NCBI GenBank assembly: GCA_013239625.1
Contig: MU054925.1
Location: 1,744,829 to 1,808,828, forward strand
Reading direction: 5' to 3'
DNA from: Lama guanicoe
Taxonomy: Eukaryota
Length of the DNA: 64,000 nucleotides
The notes under the pieces were generated by a model that was not told the DNA's origin, did no database searches, and saw nothing but the letters and a program-made list of their open reading frames with translations. The translations under genes were made by a program, and so were the position numbers. Shown piece after piece: positions 41,514-53,900 of this stretch. The stretch's first letter is position 1. The number at the start of each line of letters is the position of its first letter.

Positions 41514-43814
41514 GGGTATCTCAGACTAGTCCTTGCTGAGGACAGGCAAGTCCCTATTGCCTCCTAGGCTGATCTGACCCATGAAGAGATCAGCCTCAGT
41601 GTCTTCCTTACCTTCCATATCCCCGTACCTAGGGCTTGTTGTCAAGAGATAAGCAGAAGCTCAAGAGAAAGCCTTTGGGACCAGGATACTTGAGTGTCCC
41701 CCTGCCCCTGTCAGGCCCCAGCACAACACAACTTGGGCTCTGCCTTTACAGAGTGTCCTCGGGGGCCCTGGCACCAGTTCTGGTCCCATCACTTGTCCAC
41801 AGGATCCTTGAGTTCGTGTGCCCCCTCCATGGAGTGTACAGCTGGTATAGCACTTGGCTCAGGATGGGACCGGTAGACAAAGTCACCAGGAATCAATTGA
41901 GGCCAGGCCTGCCCTCCATACACTTAGTCCGTGTTGGCTATGAGGTGGAGTGGCAAGGCCACTGGGGCTGCAGAGGACAGAGGCTCTTGCTTTGCGCAGG
42001 CAATCAGAGATGGCTGCCGCAAGGCGGCACTTGAGTTGAGTCTTGCTTATTGAGGAGATTTTTAACAGGAAGAAGAGAGGGCAGGGACGCTCCAGGGGGA
42101 GAACCGCCATGTCACAGCATACACATTCCCAGCCAGGCTGCTGACTGGGGACCCTGGGCAGTAATCTGTAAGTCTAGTTTATCGGGTTCAGCGATAGGCT
42201 TGGAAAGAGGGATTACCCAAGGGACATGGTGGTGCCTGGAGCTACCACCCTTTACCTCCCATTCTCTGCTGTTTGTTCCCCTTGACCACAGAGGACAGCT
42301 GGGCACATCTTCTACCCTGGGGCCCCATGGACCTGATCGTCAGCAACCCTCCCTATGTCTTCCACCGGGACATGGAGCAGCTGGCCCCTGAGATCCTCAG
42401 GTGTGTGGTAGACCAGGGAGGCCAGGCCTGAGAAGGTCTAGTGGGATGGATCTGTCCTGGAGGACCACACCATCAGGGGGATAGGGAGATTAGGGGGCTG
42501 AAAGGGGCAATGGTGTTGAAAGAGAGGCTCACTCTGGAACCTACGGACCTATTTGGGTTCAGCTTCTGCCTTCCCACTTAAGACCACTGAACCCCTCGCA
42601 CCTCAGTTTCCTGCCTCTGAAAAGGGAGTGGTAGAGCTTTGCAGGGCCATGGAGAGGACTCAGTGATGACTAAAATATCAGACGTGGTGTACAGTACTTA
42701 GAAGGTGCTCGGATGGGTGCATCATTTTCCAGAAGACTGAGGCCAAGAGGGTCTTGTTCAAACTCGTGTGGGGGCTTAGCAGGAAAGCTGGGACTAAGAC
42801 TCTACTCCAGGCTTTGCACTGAGCCATCCTGCTCTCAGAGGCTGAGAATCAGGGGCTGGCTTCCCCTTTGCTGGCTCTCAGGAGTAGTCAGGGCCAGCTC
42901 TAGGCCTCCCCAGGCCAAGAATAGGAACATCTTTGTTGTGGGGAGGCCCTCATGCCTTGGACGTTGTCATTCTTTACGGATCACTGAGCACTCCCAGCAC
43001 TGCCTGGTGGGAGGCTGCCTATAAGAGGTAGGGGAATTGGAGCTGCCATCATTTGGGGGCTCCCCCTCTGGGTCCTCAGACTCTCCTTTCAGCCTAGAGC
43101 GTGAGTTCCATAGAGCCCTCTTTGTGGAAGCCCTGCTCAGCTTCTCCACAGCCATCCCAGGCCCTCACCTCCCACCGTTTTCCCCTTCAGCTATGAAGAC
43201 CCAGTAGCCCTGGATGGTGGCGAGGAGGGCATGGACATCATTTCCCACATCCTGGCCCTGGCACCTCGACTCCTGAAGGACTCTGGGTATGGATGGGGTG
43301 TCTCCTGGGTCTAACCTCAGCAGCCTCTCCCTCCCAGTATGTACTGGGCCTACCCTGGCCATCATTCTACCTCTACTCCTCCCAGCTCAGGCAACCCAGA
43401 AGTGCAGGTCCAGCACTGCCCAGTTGAGCTGACCCATTTCTCCCCCATATAGAAGCATCTTCTTAGAAGTGGACCCAAGACACCCAGAGCTCGTTGGCAG
43501 CTGGCTTCAGAGCCGGCCAGACCTGTTCCTCGATCTCGTGACTGTGCGCCGGGATTTCTGTGGGAGGTGAGGCTCTACCCCACCCCCAGCTCCCACAGCC
43601 ACACTGGTCCTTCCGCTCTGACTATTCCAGCTCTGGCTGTGGGGCAAGTGTGCGGTTCCCACACCCAGCTCATTCCCCAGGGCCCAGACAGTGACTGCCC
43701 CCTTGTCTCTGTCTCCTTAGGCCCCGGTTCCTGCATATCCAGAGGTCTAGGCCACAGCGTGGTTGCCCTGCAGATGCCTGGCCAGTGCCCCAGCCTCCCA
43801 GAGTGGCTGGCTGA
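35335..43814 (+). CDS. HEMK1: HEMK1, mitochondrial release factor glutamine N5-methyltransferase (PrmC/HemK family), whole CDS join(35335..35544,35833..35924,36239..36332,40505..40639,40961..41025,41287..41336,42292..42400,43191..43286,43453..43566,43721..43814), 352 aa
   Basis: 1059 nt, all GT-AG, phases consistent. Family motifs [27 protein letters not shown]-binding [11 protein letters not shown], catalytic SNPPY and [13 protein letters not shown] are all present. Confidence 0.97.
35833..35924 (+). CDS. HEMK1: HEMK1 coding exon 2 ([12 protein letters not shown]...RLQR)
   Basis: GGGCAG|TTT ... CAAAG|GTGAGC. Confidence 0.93.
36239..36332 (+). CDS. HEMK1: HEMK1 coding exon 3 ([12 protein letters not shown]...PRPETE)
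   Basis: CTCTGCAG|G ... GAG|GTAAGT; HemK IPRPETE motif. Confidence 0.96.
36404..36417 (+). promoter_or_regulatory. CTCF-like motif CCTCCAGGGGGCGC in a HEMK1 intron
   Basis: Close match to the CTCF core; CpG retained. Confidence 0.4.
40200..40390 (-). mobile_element. MIR SINE
   Basis: TTACTGACCACTTACCATGT...CCCTGTGAGGTGGG...TTTACAGATGGGGAAGTGGAGGCACGGAGA. Confidence 0.65.
40505..40639 (+). CDS. HEMK1: HEMK1 coding exon 4 (ELVEWVLEE...EVGCGSGAI...KLPQ)
   Basis: CTTGTAG|GAA ... CAG|GTGAGC; methyltransferase motif I. Confidence 0.96.
40961..41025 (+). CDS. HEMK1: HEMK1 coding exon 5 ([22 protein letters not shown])
   Basis: GGGGCAG|AGC ... CAG|GTAGGT. Confidence 0.94.
41287..41336 (+). CDS. 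HEMK1: HEMK1 coding exon 6 ([16 protein letters not shown])
   Basis: CTCTCCAG|G ... TTAG|GTACCT. Confidence 0.92.
41450..41513. repeat. (CA)n microsatellite within a 64-bp alternating purine/pyrimidine tract
   Basis: CACACGCATGTGCACGTG(CA)n...CGTG in a HEMK1 intron. Confidence 0.92.
42292..42400 (+). CDS. HEMK1: HEMK1 coding exon 7 ([37 protein letters not shown])
   Basis: CCACAG|AG ... CAG|GTGTGT; NPPY catalytic motif. Confidence 0.96.
42550..42710 (+). mobile_element. MIR SINE fragment
   Basis: TGGGTTCAGCTTCTGCC...CCTCAGTTTCCTGCCTCTGAAAAGGG. Confidence 0.55.
43191..43286 (+). CDS. HEMK1: HEMK1 coding exon 8 ([17 protein letters not shown]...LKDSG)
   Basis: CCCTTCAG|C ... TGG|GTATGG. Confidence 0.96.
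43453..43566 (+). CDS. HEMK1: HEMK1 coding exon 9 ([14 protein letters not shown]...RRDFCGR)
   Basis: CATATAG|A ... GAG|GTGAGG. Confidence 0.95.
43721..43814 (+). CDS. HEMK1: HEMK1 last coding exon ([30 protein letters not shown])
   Basis: CTCCTTAG|G; first in-frame stop TGA at 43812-43814. Confidence 0.9.
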
Positions 43815-44116
43815 CACTTCTACCTGGAATGCTACTTTAAGGGAGGTGGGTGGTGCCTTCCAGAACCTCAGATGCTTGCAGCACTTCCTGTGGCTCTGTG
43901 ATTCCCCATGTTCTACATTTCTAGGAGATTTGAGGGTAGAAGCAAGGGCAGGGATGTCCTTCCTGGGGCAGCCAAAAGCAAGGGTACCCACAGTCCAGCT
44001 TAGGAGCTGAGCAGACCCAGGTTCCCAATCTGGTTCTATCACATCAGTGTGGCAAAGGCAGGTTGCTCAGTGTCTCTGTGGGTGGAGTTGCTCTGGGGAT
44101 GTTGAGAGATACAGCC

Positions 44117-44122
44117 AATAAA
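44117..44122 (+). terminator. HEMK1: HEMK1 polyadenylation signal AATAAA
   Basis: AATAAA about 300 nt after the stop, followed by U/GU-rich TGTTTTGTTATTGTGGTTTGTG at about 44153-44174. Confidence 0.75.
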
Positions 44123-45899
44123 GTAGCAAGAGACCAGCAAGTGGTGACCTAATGTTTTGTTATTGTGGTTTGTGGGTCCCCTGACCCTTTGCCCCTAGGC
44201 AGTGCTGGGGTAAGAGCTTCCTTCTGCCCCAGCGGGCCTGGCTGTCAGGCCCCACCTGGTGGGGGTGTGGGGTGCAGTGTGGAGAAGGTCACTTGTGCTC
44301 CTCCTGGCCTCAGATGCCAGGGCACTTGGCACTGAGCTCCTCTCTCCCGGGGGTTGGCTTAGCCTTCCAGTGCCCCAGGTGCACTAAAGCACACTCCCTT
44401 GACTGGGTCTAGACGCAGCACAGTAATTGCATCTGAGCTTGAGCTTGGGGGTGGCTGCCTACTTTCTGGTGGGGAGGGGGCTGAGGGGTCTTGCTGCACA
44501 GTTCTGGGGTCACGTGTCCACATTCATTTAACAGGAGGGGGTGAGCAGGGCTTGTTTTACTTTTTATTCCCATAGTTTTTAGCTAAAATGTTCCTTCTAA
44601 GTCAGCCTTGGGGTTTCTGATATCCCATCTATCCCTGGTTGGGGCTGGGGAGAGTGAGAAGCTGAGGTGGTGAGCACAAGGTTGACCTCCACCCCAGCTC
44701 TGGTTGACAGACTTGTGGCTGCCAGGAGGCCTGAAGGCCCAGCCCTTCTGTCCACAGTGGCAGGAGACCTCCAGGTTGGCAGGTGCTGATGTTAGCCTGC
44801 ATCAGAGTGGGTCCTGAGAAACACAGTGGACCAGGCTGGTGCATTCTTTTGTATTCCCCTCTCCCATTCCTCCAACCTGTCACTTGCAAGGGCCTGACCT
44901 GGTGGTGCAGTGGCCAGAGGCAGTGTGGTCCAGTGGGCAGCATCCTCTGATGGAGCCAGGATGCTGGTTTCCAGGGCTGTGTTTTACAGTGGGACCTTGG
45001 CAGCTCCCTTCCCTGTGAGAGGTTGGCTCCAAGGTCAGTGCAAGGTAGCAGCCTCATTTTACTCTCAGTCAGTCAGTTGAAGGGTGTAGCTGGTATCTGA
45101 GTGCCCACTCCCGAGGCATGGACTCCACAAGAGGAGACATGGCCTGCCTGAGGTCACATAGTGGGAGGAAGTCCAATGGCGATGGAAAGTTAGGTCCCTG
45201 CTCTGGGGGGGTCTGTATTGCTGGAGTTACACCTGGCCTGAGCGACTCCTCCGCTGTGGTTAGGGGTTGCGTTTGCCTTAGCAGAGGCCACACTGCAGCC
45301 CAAGGGCCCCAGTATCCTGCTTCTTGCCCAGCCCTAGCTGCATGGACCCTAAACTGCCTCTAGCTTCCTTTGAGGAGGAGCCAGGGACTTATCCTCATGG
45401 CTGCTCCAGAAGGACCTGGAAGGACAGGATGGGACACAGCAGGGCGAGATGCCTGGCTTTCTGAGCCCCCATATACTCTCAGACCTTTGCCTGCCTCACC
45501 AGTGTTGCCCTTTCTCTCCTCCTACCTGTGCCCTTTGACTATTGATGCTGTCTTCAGCGGCATCTCAGGGCAGTTGCCTTGACCTAGCAGTCTCTTACCT
45601 CCTTGTCCCACAGCCTGGGCCACTCCTCAACCAGTGATGGCTTCCCTGATGGTCTAACCCTCCTGGCCTCAGGCTCATTACTGAGGAAGAACCTTGGCAA
45701 GCATGTGAGTATCACAGCCCAAGAGAGTGATGATGGGAAGTGACAGTATAGGGGCAGCTGGGGACACTGAAACAGGAGCCACCCTTGGGACACCTTCCTT
45801 CTATAGGGCTTGACTCCCCTGGGGAAGAGGTTCAGGCCAAGTGGACCGGCAGGGTGGGTCTTCAAGCCTGCAGCCATGGGTTGACTGGGACTTGGACAT

Positions 45900-46070
45900 T
45901 GAGCTCCAGTGTTGGAGCCACACCAGCCTGGATGCAGATCCTGACATCTGCCCCTCGCTAGATGTGACCTTGGGTGGATGACTTCACCTCCCTCAGCCTT
46001 GGCTTCCAAATCTGAGAAATGGTATCAAGCGCTTTATCTTAATATGATTGCCAGGAGTCCATGGGTTGCA
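45900..46070 (+). mobile_element. MIR SINE fragment
   Basis: CTAGATGTGACCTTGGGTGGATGACTTCACCTCCCTCAGCCTTGGCTTCC. Confidence 0.6.
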
Positions 46071-47729
46071 CCTTTCATGGGGCACTATGAGTACCTCCAT
46101 TGCCTGCCTTGGAGGGCAGACACAGGGAGGGCTCTGTACTCTCATGCTTTTCTTGTGCTTGGCACCAACACAAGGCAGACAGACACAGCAGTCTGGAAAG
46201 GAGGAAAGGCAGGGGTTTGAGTCTTGGGCTCTTGACTTCTCTCTGCCCTCTGGAAATGGAGCCACTAAGGGGCTGGTAGCTTGGCAGCCAGATCTCCCCT
46301 TAGTCCCTCCTCTCCCTCCTCACCAGGACCTGAGTGCCCTGAGGTCCAAGCCAGAGTAACCAGTGCCTCTAGCATAGGGAAAACCAGTCTCACTCACCCT
46401 ATCTCCTCCATTCTCCTGGTGCCAGCGCCAGAGATGAGCTGCCTCCTTTAGCATGTGTTGTGGAGCCCTAGAGACAGAACAGCAGGAGGACGTGGGGTTG
46501 ATGGTGGAATCTAGGTTCTGCAGGCACCTGAGGTCTTGAGGGATGTGCCTGCTACTCGCCCAGCCTCCTTTGAGCACAGGCAAAGGGGTAGGAGTCCCTG
46601 ATGACTGTACTCTGGAAGAGCAATTCCCTCCCCTCTTCTGACAGTAGAGGAAACTGAGACTTTGCCTCACAGTTGGATGCTTTTCCCAGCTGCCATGGCT
46701 CTCTCCATGGGTCCTGTCTAGCTCCTTTATTGAAATGTGCCTTTTCTGCTCTCCCCTATTCCACCTGGACCCTGGGCCATTAACTTCTCTCAGTCCCCCG
46801 CTTAAGCCCTTGGGTAGCTCCCCATGACCTGAGTGTGATCTCTGTGTCCTGCAGAGTCCAGGTCTGAAGAGGTGGGATGGCTATGAGAAGGGCCCTGGGG
46901 AGCCCTCCCAAAGCCCTGTCAGTGCTCTGAGCAAGCGTCCATCAGAACAAAGTGTTCCACTGCTGATTGGCTTTGAGAATTGCTTTAACCTATTCGGGCC
47001 AGCATGACCCTCCCTATTCACTTTGGGATTCTTTTTTCCACTGCTCTGGACTCCAGCCTCCCTATAGAGCTCTCCATTCCCCACACACCCCTCCTTCCCC
47101 TTGCCCCAGCAGTTCATTCATCAGGAATGCCTTTGCCTACCACTTCCAGTCCAAGATTATTCTTTTCTTCAAGTCCCAACAGAAATGCTGTCTCCTCTGG
47201 AACACCCACTCTGACCTCTGTGTTCTCCCTTCTACCGGTACCAGTGACATTCTACCCCATGCGTTTGGAACCTTTCTGTGTCTGTCTCATCTCTGGGGTC
47301 CCATATGGATCTAGCATACTGCAAGCTCAGTGAATGTCCACCAATAAGCCTATAGTATGTGCATTTTCTAGAATGGAGCTGGAATTTCCCATGTGGCTCA
47401 CATCTGACCTGACAGCAGCTCTCACATATTCTGGGCAGCAGAGAGAGGAAGCTCTGAGGGCCTAGCCTCCCACCCGAGCCAGGCAGCTGTTTGGGTTGAG
47501 CCATAGCCACTAGGAGGGCTCAAGTGCACCTGATCTCTGCACAGTGGCCACGCCAGGAGTACAGGCTGTCCTTGGCGGGAGCAGGGGCAGGCGCCAGGTT
47601 TCCTGGAGCTCTGGGGCCCAGCCAGAGTGTTGGCCAGAACAGCAGTCTGATCCCCGCCTCATGACCCCTCGGTTCTGGGACAGGCCGTCTGGGCAGGGAT
47701 TGAGACTGTCAAAGCAACCCTCCCCCTCC

Positions 47730-48230
47730 TGTGGTCGGCAGGATGATAGCCCCAAAGATACCCACATCTTAATCCCCCAAACCTATGAGTGTGTTACCTT
47801 ACGTGGCAAAAGGAACTTTGCAGATTTGATTAAGTTAAGGATCTTGAGATGGAATGATTATCCTGGAATATTCAGGTGGACTCAGTGTAATCACAGGGGA
47901 AAAGGCGAGGAAATGGATTCTCCCCAAGAGCCTCAAGAAAGAATGCCATCTTGCCAAGACCTTGATTTTAACCTGGTAAAACTGATTTTGGATTTCTGAC
48001 TTCCAGAACTGTAAGATGATATATTTGTGTTGTTTTAAAACACTGAATTTGTGGTTGTTATAGCAGCAATTAGAAACTAATACAGATTTTGGTACCCAAA
48101 ATGAAGTGCTGCTCTAACAAGTACCTAGAAATGGAAGTAGCTTTGCAATTGAAATTTAGAAATGGGAAAAGACTGAAAATTTTTGAGGTGCATGATAGAC
48201 TGCCTTGAATGCTTTTCCTCTGAGCAGTGA
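47730..48230 (+). mobile_element. MLT1D-like MaLR LTR (47730-48084, internally deleted) plus start of the internal sequence
   Basis: TG...CA termini; CCCCAAAGATACCCACATCTTAATCCC, GGCAAAAGGAACTTTGCAGAT, CTTCCAGAACTGTAAGA, TAGCAGCAATTAGAAACTAATACA followed by internal GATTTTGGTACC. Confidence 0.85.
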
Positions 48231-50739
48231 GGTGGCCAGGGGTGGGGGTTGCGAACCCTCTACAATCTGGGGACCTGAGCTGCCCAGGCCCCCTGTCCAC
48301 CTGCCCAGGGTGGGCCCCAGAGAGTCTGGCCCGGGCACTGGGAGTGGGAGGAGAATGGGACTGAGATTGGGGAAGAGATAGCAAAGCTGGCCTCCGTGGC
48401 CCATATCCATTGGCATGAGGACCACCTATGTATGCTCTCAAAGACTGGATCTGAGCCTGTTCCTGGCTTCCGTGGAGTCATGTGGTTGGCCCAGCATGCC
48501 TTGAGTATGTAAGGATGAGCAGAGGGTGAGTAGGTACCATGTCTGTGAAATGAGTGCAGTAGCCCCTGACTAGGAGCAGAAAAGCAGCTCTGGCCAACAC
48601 TCCCCACTCCATGTAAGCCTTGGAGATTTGGCTCCTTCCAGTCACCAGGCAGTGCCCAGCTCCTGCTATAGATGTGGGCTGGGCTGTGTGGCTGGAATAG
48701 AATTTAGTCATTCCTGGGATTCTCAGCCTCATGGTCCCCAAAGCTGAAGTGGCTAATTGGAACCCTCGACTCTGCCTGTCCACGCCTGGACCAGGACCTC
48801 ACTCCAGATGAATGAGGGACACTCAGTGGCTCTGGAGGCACCATCCCACCTGGCCAAGGTCTGGGGCTCCTGAAGCCACAGCCCCAACTCAGGAGCCACA
48901 TGGAGAGCTACTGGGGGGCCAGACATGGGCTGACGTGCCTCATGCTGGGTCTGAGAACTGAGAATCTGGGCGATGGACAGTCTGGACACCTGAGTTCAAG
49001 GGTCAGCTTAAGTCCCCTGATATGCTTTGGATGAAGCCAAGAAGGCCTGTTTGTATTGGCAGGGGTAAATTGTAGCAAGACACATGTCCAATCCCTGATT
49101 CCCTCTCTCTTAAACAGAGAAGAAAGGGGCTAACTCAAGATCATATAGCACTTGTCTCCTGACTCCTGATGCAGTGCCCTCAGCCCCCATTGCTTCCAAG
49201 GGCTCTTGGTCATTTAATTGGGTGGCTTGTGTGGCTGTTTTATATGGCTCTTCACGTAGCTCTGGGATGCACAAATTGTGGCTCATAAAGTCCTCGGGGC
49301 CAAACGGCTGATGTCAGCTCCATTAGCCCAACTGCACCAATGGGTGTGTGGACAGATCTGGGTCCCATCTGAAGCCTTGGTAGTAGTTGTGAGGAAAGTG
49401 GGATTTCCCCCAAGTAAACGGGTCCTGCTCTGAGGGAACTGGTAATGCACTGCTGAAAGGACCTTTAGGCATCTTTGGCCTTGTAATCAGGAATCAGATG
49501 TGTAAGAGCTTCAAATTCTGGGACCACTCCACTTCCGAGACACACTCCCCTCAACCATCCTATAGGAAAATGGTCAAGATAGGCCAGTTTGACAGTTCAC
49601 AGAGTAGGAGAGGCAAAGGGAGCTTACCTCAGCCTCACTGGGAGCCCTAGACTGAGCTGGCCTGCACTTGGCCCCGGCCATGGCTGAGGATTCAAGGTGA
49701 GGTGGCTCAGACCAGCTCTGCCCCAGGGAAGGCAGGCCTGGCCTGGTGGCCCCTTTCCAGAGGCTGGGGTCTCTCCCAGAGACTCTGCCTCTCAGAGCTG
49801 GGGATGCCACCATATTGCCCCTTGTACTGAATCTGTCGCCCTCTCCTGGGACATGAGTTTGGGGGAGTGGAAAGATCAGATCTCCTACCTTGCTGAGCCC
49901 AGGGAGCGGATTGTTGGGGCTTGAGGCACCCACAAAGATCCCTGTGTGTAGATGAGAATATTAATAAGGCTCAGCAGGCCTGGGCTGGGGCTTGAACCCA
50001 AGTCTCTTCTTTGGCTCCCAGCCTCCAGCCTTACATCAGCTGCAGACCCCGACCCTGCCTTGCTTTCCAAGAGTGGTCCTGCCTGCCAGGAGAGGCAGCC
50101 AAAGCCCTTTGCCATTCCTGGAAGTCAGTGTGAGGCCAAGCTGTGTGGGCAAGCAGAGTAAACCCCAAGCTAGAGCTGCCTGGGCCTTGCTTGCCCTTGG
50201 ACCTTGCAGCTGAGCGAAGTATCCGACCAGTGCTCCCTGGGCCTTCCTCCTCCTCCATCTTCTTGCCGTCATTTCTTGAACTCCTGCTGGGCGATGGGCC
50301 CCAAGCAGCTGCTTTGCATTTATTAGTTTTAATCATGCTACCTCACACACTGGGTTTTTAATCATCTTCATGATGAGGAAACCAAGGCTCAGCAGGGTGC
50401 AGGTCACACAGCTGGACTGGAAGGGAGGCTGAGGCTGCTTTTGCTGCCCATTTGACTGTCAGAGACACTGAGGCCAGCATAGCTAGATCCTGGGCTGCTC
50501 CCTTCAGGGCTCAATGCAGTGGTCCACCTGGGCTTATGGATCCTCGGAGCAGGAGCAAGGCTTGCCAGGGCTGATCCCAGAGGGCTTTCTGGAAGCCCAG
50601 TGTTTACGCCTATGGGCTCTTCTCCTGAGCTGTGTGCAACATAGGCCCAGACCTCAGTCTTCCAATCCCTACTGTGTGCCAGGCTCTGGGGAGATGGCAT
50701 CAATCAGAAGAGCCTATAAAATATGAAGATTGAATGGTG

Positions 50740-50900
50740 CACCCTGAACCAAGTGCTTCTGGGATTATCTCATTCGCCCTCAAGATATCCCATAAGGCAG
50801 AGTCTGTGAACCATCTCATCTTACAGACAAGGAAACGAACTGAAAAAGGCTAAGGAGCTTGCTCATGTGCTGGCTGAACTGGGATTCTGGCACAAGCAGA
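50740..50900 (-). mobile_element. MIR SINE fragment
   Basis: GGATTATCTCATT...CATCTTACAGACAAGGAAAC...CTTGCTCATG. Confidence 0.6.
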
Positions 50901-53900
50901 ATGACCCAGGACCTGGACCTTTGCCATCACACCAGGCTTGAAGAGGATGAGGCACAGGACAGGGATAGAGCAGGCAGAGAGGGCAGTCTAGGCAGAAGCC
51001 TGGAGGCCTGAAATCATGTGAACAGGGATGTATAGGGGCAAGGCAGTGATGGTGGTGAATGCCCTTGGATGAGTTCTGAATGCATTTCTGGATACCAGGG
51101 GCCTAATTTAAGTTTCAGGGTATCTGAAGATCCAGATGTTAACATTTGGGGATGTAGCCTGGAGGCAGCACTTTAGATGGAGTTGAGAAGACCACCCTTC
51201 CAGGCCTGAGGGCTGTCAACCACAGTGACCAGGCATCTCCATGTGTAATGGTGCCACGTGCCACACATACTTTGTCATCAATCCTGTCTGCATATCTTGG
51301 GCGCCTTCCTAGGCCCACTAGACAGATGAAAAGACTGAGGCTTAACCTGCCCAACATCACACAAGCAGGAAGTGGCTGTGGTAGTATTTGAGCCCAGTCC
51401 TCTGACATCCCAGCTGGAAGGAGAGTGAGCAGGCCAACTGAGGCCAACTGCAGCTCAGGGCTCCAATTCCCCGGGGGGCCCCAGTGCCGAGCTGGGGTGG
51501 CCCCAGGGCTGACGTGGCCTTCCAGGGCAAAGAGGAAAGTGATGAGTCAAACAAAAAGCACCAGATGTGGAGTGAGCTTTCCCCCCTCCCAGCTGCCCGG
51601 GTGCCAGACTTTCACACCCCACAGAAGAGGGGCCCATTGGGGAGGGGAGGGCAGTGAAAGTGGCTGCTACTGGAAGGAGGTTCCGATGTACTCCGGATGT
51701 GGGGTGGGACTGGCAGACTCCCAGACTCTGGTTCCCAGCTGACAGGTGGGTGAGAAAAGTGAGTCCTGTCTCTGCGTAAGCGGGTATAAAGCCTCCTGTA
51801 TCATGGGAAGCACAGGTCCTCAGGTCTGGGTGGTTCCGGGAGGAGTGTGTGGATGTGCCTAAAACCCTTCTTGAAGGCATTCCACAGCTCAAGAACTGAC
51901 CAGAGCTCCCCACTGCCTGCCTGCATGGAAACCCTGCCTCTTGCTCATTCTGCCCAGCCCTCTTGCCCAGACCCCTAGAGCTGTGGAGTTTGTTCTGTTA
52001 AACTAAATTTCACATGGAACTCAAATAATATATTTTTTTAAAAGATAAAGACAGCATCTTAAACATAAATATATTTTATAAATTCAGATTCTCAACACTT
52101 TGTTAGTGTTAAGTCCATCAAGGTGAAGAGTGATGAGTACTGTCGTTTGAACGGGGGGCTAGGGTGGAAGTGAACCTTATGTTAGCCTCAGAGTCCAGTT
52201 TCTTTCGGTATTTGATTTTGGTGGCACAGGACCAAGTGACCCCTGATTCTCACAGATAAATGATTACAAAAGTAGCAGTGTTTCTGACCACCTTGCAGTC
52301 TCCTTCATTCGCAGGGACAGCAGGAGAAGCTTTATGCCAAGCTCAGTCCAAATCTGGTTCTCTGGACACACAGGAAAGATTCTAAATGGTCATAATTTGG
52401 TGTTGTGCCCATTTGAGTCTATGTGTGGTTTTTTTTAAAATTGGGCTTTTTCAATAGTTAAAAATACAAAAGAAAGAGGGGGAAAGGAAGAGAAGGGAAG
52501 GAGAGAGGGAAAGGCGGGCAAGGGAGAGAGAAGGAACTCATGTGGGGCATCTGAGGATGCCCTCTCTCAGATTCTTGGTGAGGTTAGCCTCTGGCTCTCC
52601 TGGGAAGCCCACCCTGACTGCTCCATCCCTACGGGTCCTAAAGGTTCCAGTGTCTCCTCTCACCCAGCATTTGTCCCAGCAAGTGAATCTGGACTGCATG
52701 CTCCTGAAAAGTCTCTGGAGTTCACGACCTACAGCATGGACCTTCCAGATACTCAGTCCCTGGTTCTGGGGTGGGAAGAAGGCCCCAAGCAGGGTACAAG
52801 GACTAGGGGCTTCCCTTCACCCTGTGTGGTGCCTCTAGGGGTGGGAGGACTGGGGAAGCCAGTGCCCCTGAGAGTCTGGGGTTTCTGTACCTTCATTTCT
52901 GGGAACTTGCTATGCTTTAGAAAGAGAGAAATGAGAAGCAAAACCCTAGGGCCCCAGCACACCCCCCACTCCTGTCTTCCTTCCGCTGAGTCACAGCCAA
53001 GAGCCTAGCACCTCAGCCTCCTCTGAGGCCATCTGGGTGGGGTGGAATTCAGAGTCATGTGAGGACACAGCATCCAGGACAGGTCCTTTTTTCCTGCCAG
53101 TATCATCTGTGAGGGGCCCTGGGTTGCTAAGGCTGAAACTACCTCCCAAGCTTGGAGAAGGGGTGACTGAGGTCCTTATTTGTCGTGTCCCCCCTCCCAT
53201 TCCCAGGCATTTAGCATCAACTGTAAGACAGATGAGGTGGTTCAGGTGGGAACCTGTCATGGACTTGGACATCAGCTCCTCCTGACAGGCCTCCAATGAG
53301 TGGTTGGGTCCTTAGGCTTGCTCTGGTCAGCAGTGGGGAGCCATGAGGGCCAGGCCACATCACACGTGCACATCACAGAACCTGCACACCTCTACACAGG
53401 TGACCATAGGTACGTGCATGGTGACAGGTGTGGGACTTGAGCACTTCGGTCCATGTCCATGGTCACAGGTGTCCACACAGGGCCTCCCTTGGATGGGGGA
53501 ACTCCAGGCTCTGGGAACCAGTTCAGGACTGTATGTGTGTGGCATCTGTGAGGGTCCCTGTGTTGCTGAGGGTTGAGGCTACTTTCCAAGCTTGGAAAAG
53601 GGGTGACACGTTCTTATGGGGTGTCACCCTGTTTTAGAGGCCCAACCACTATCTCTGAGTCATGGGAGCTCATGGGAACTCCCATTTTATGGAAAACTGA
53701 AGCCGAGAGGGCCTATGAATTGCCCAGGGTCACACAGCAAGTTGGGGAAGATCCGGAGGGGAATGAGCCAGACTCGGGCACCTGTCCATGACCTTGACCT
53801 TTTTGGCCTGGTATTTGGGGCTTGGCACCCCTTGATGGCCACACTGCATCAAACTCTGGGTTGATTCTCCCAGCAAACCCACCTGGGGACCAACCACAGT

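Noticed and set aside
35335-43814. HEMK1 as a pseudogene because of the start and stop changes
   Set aside because: All ten exons splice in frame with canonical sites, the SAM and NPPY motifs are intact, and an in-frame ATG and poly(A) signal exist.
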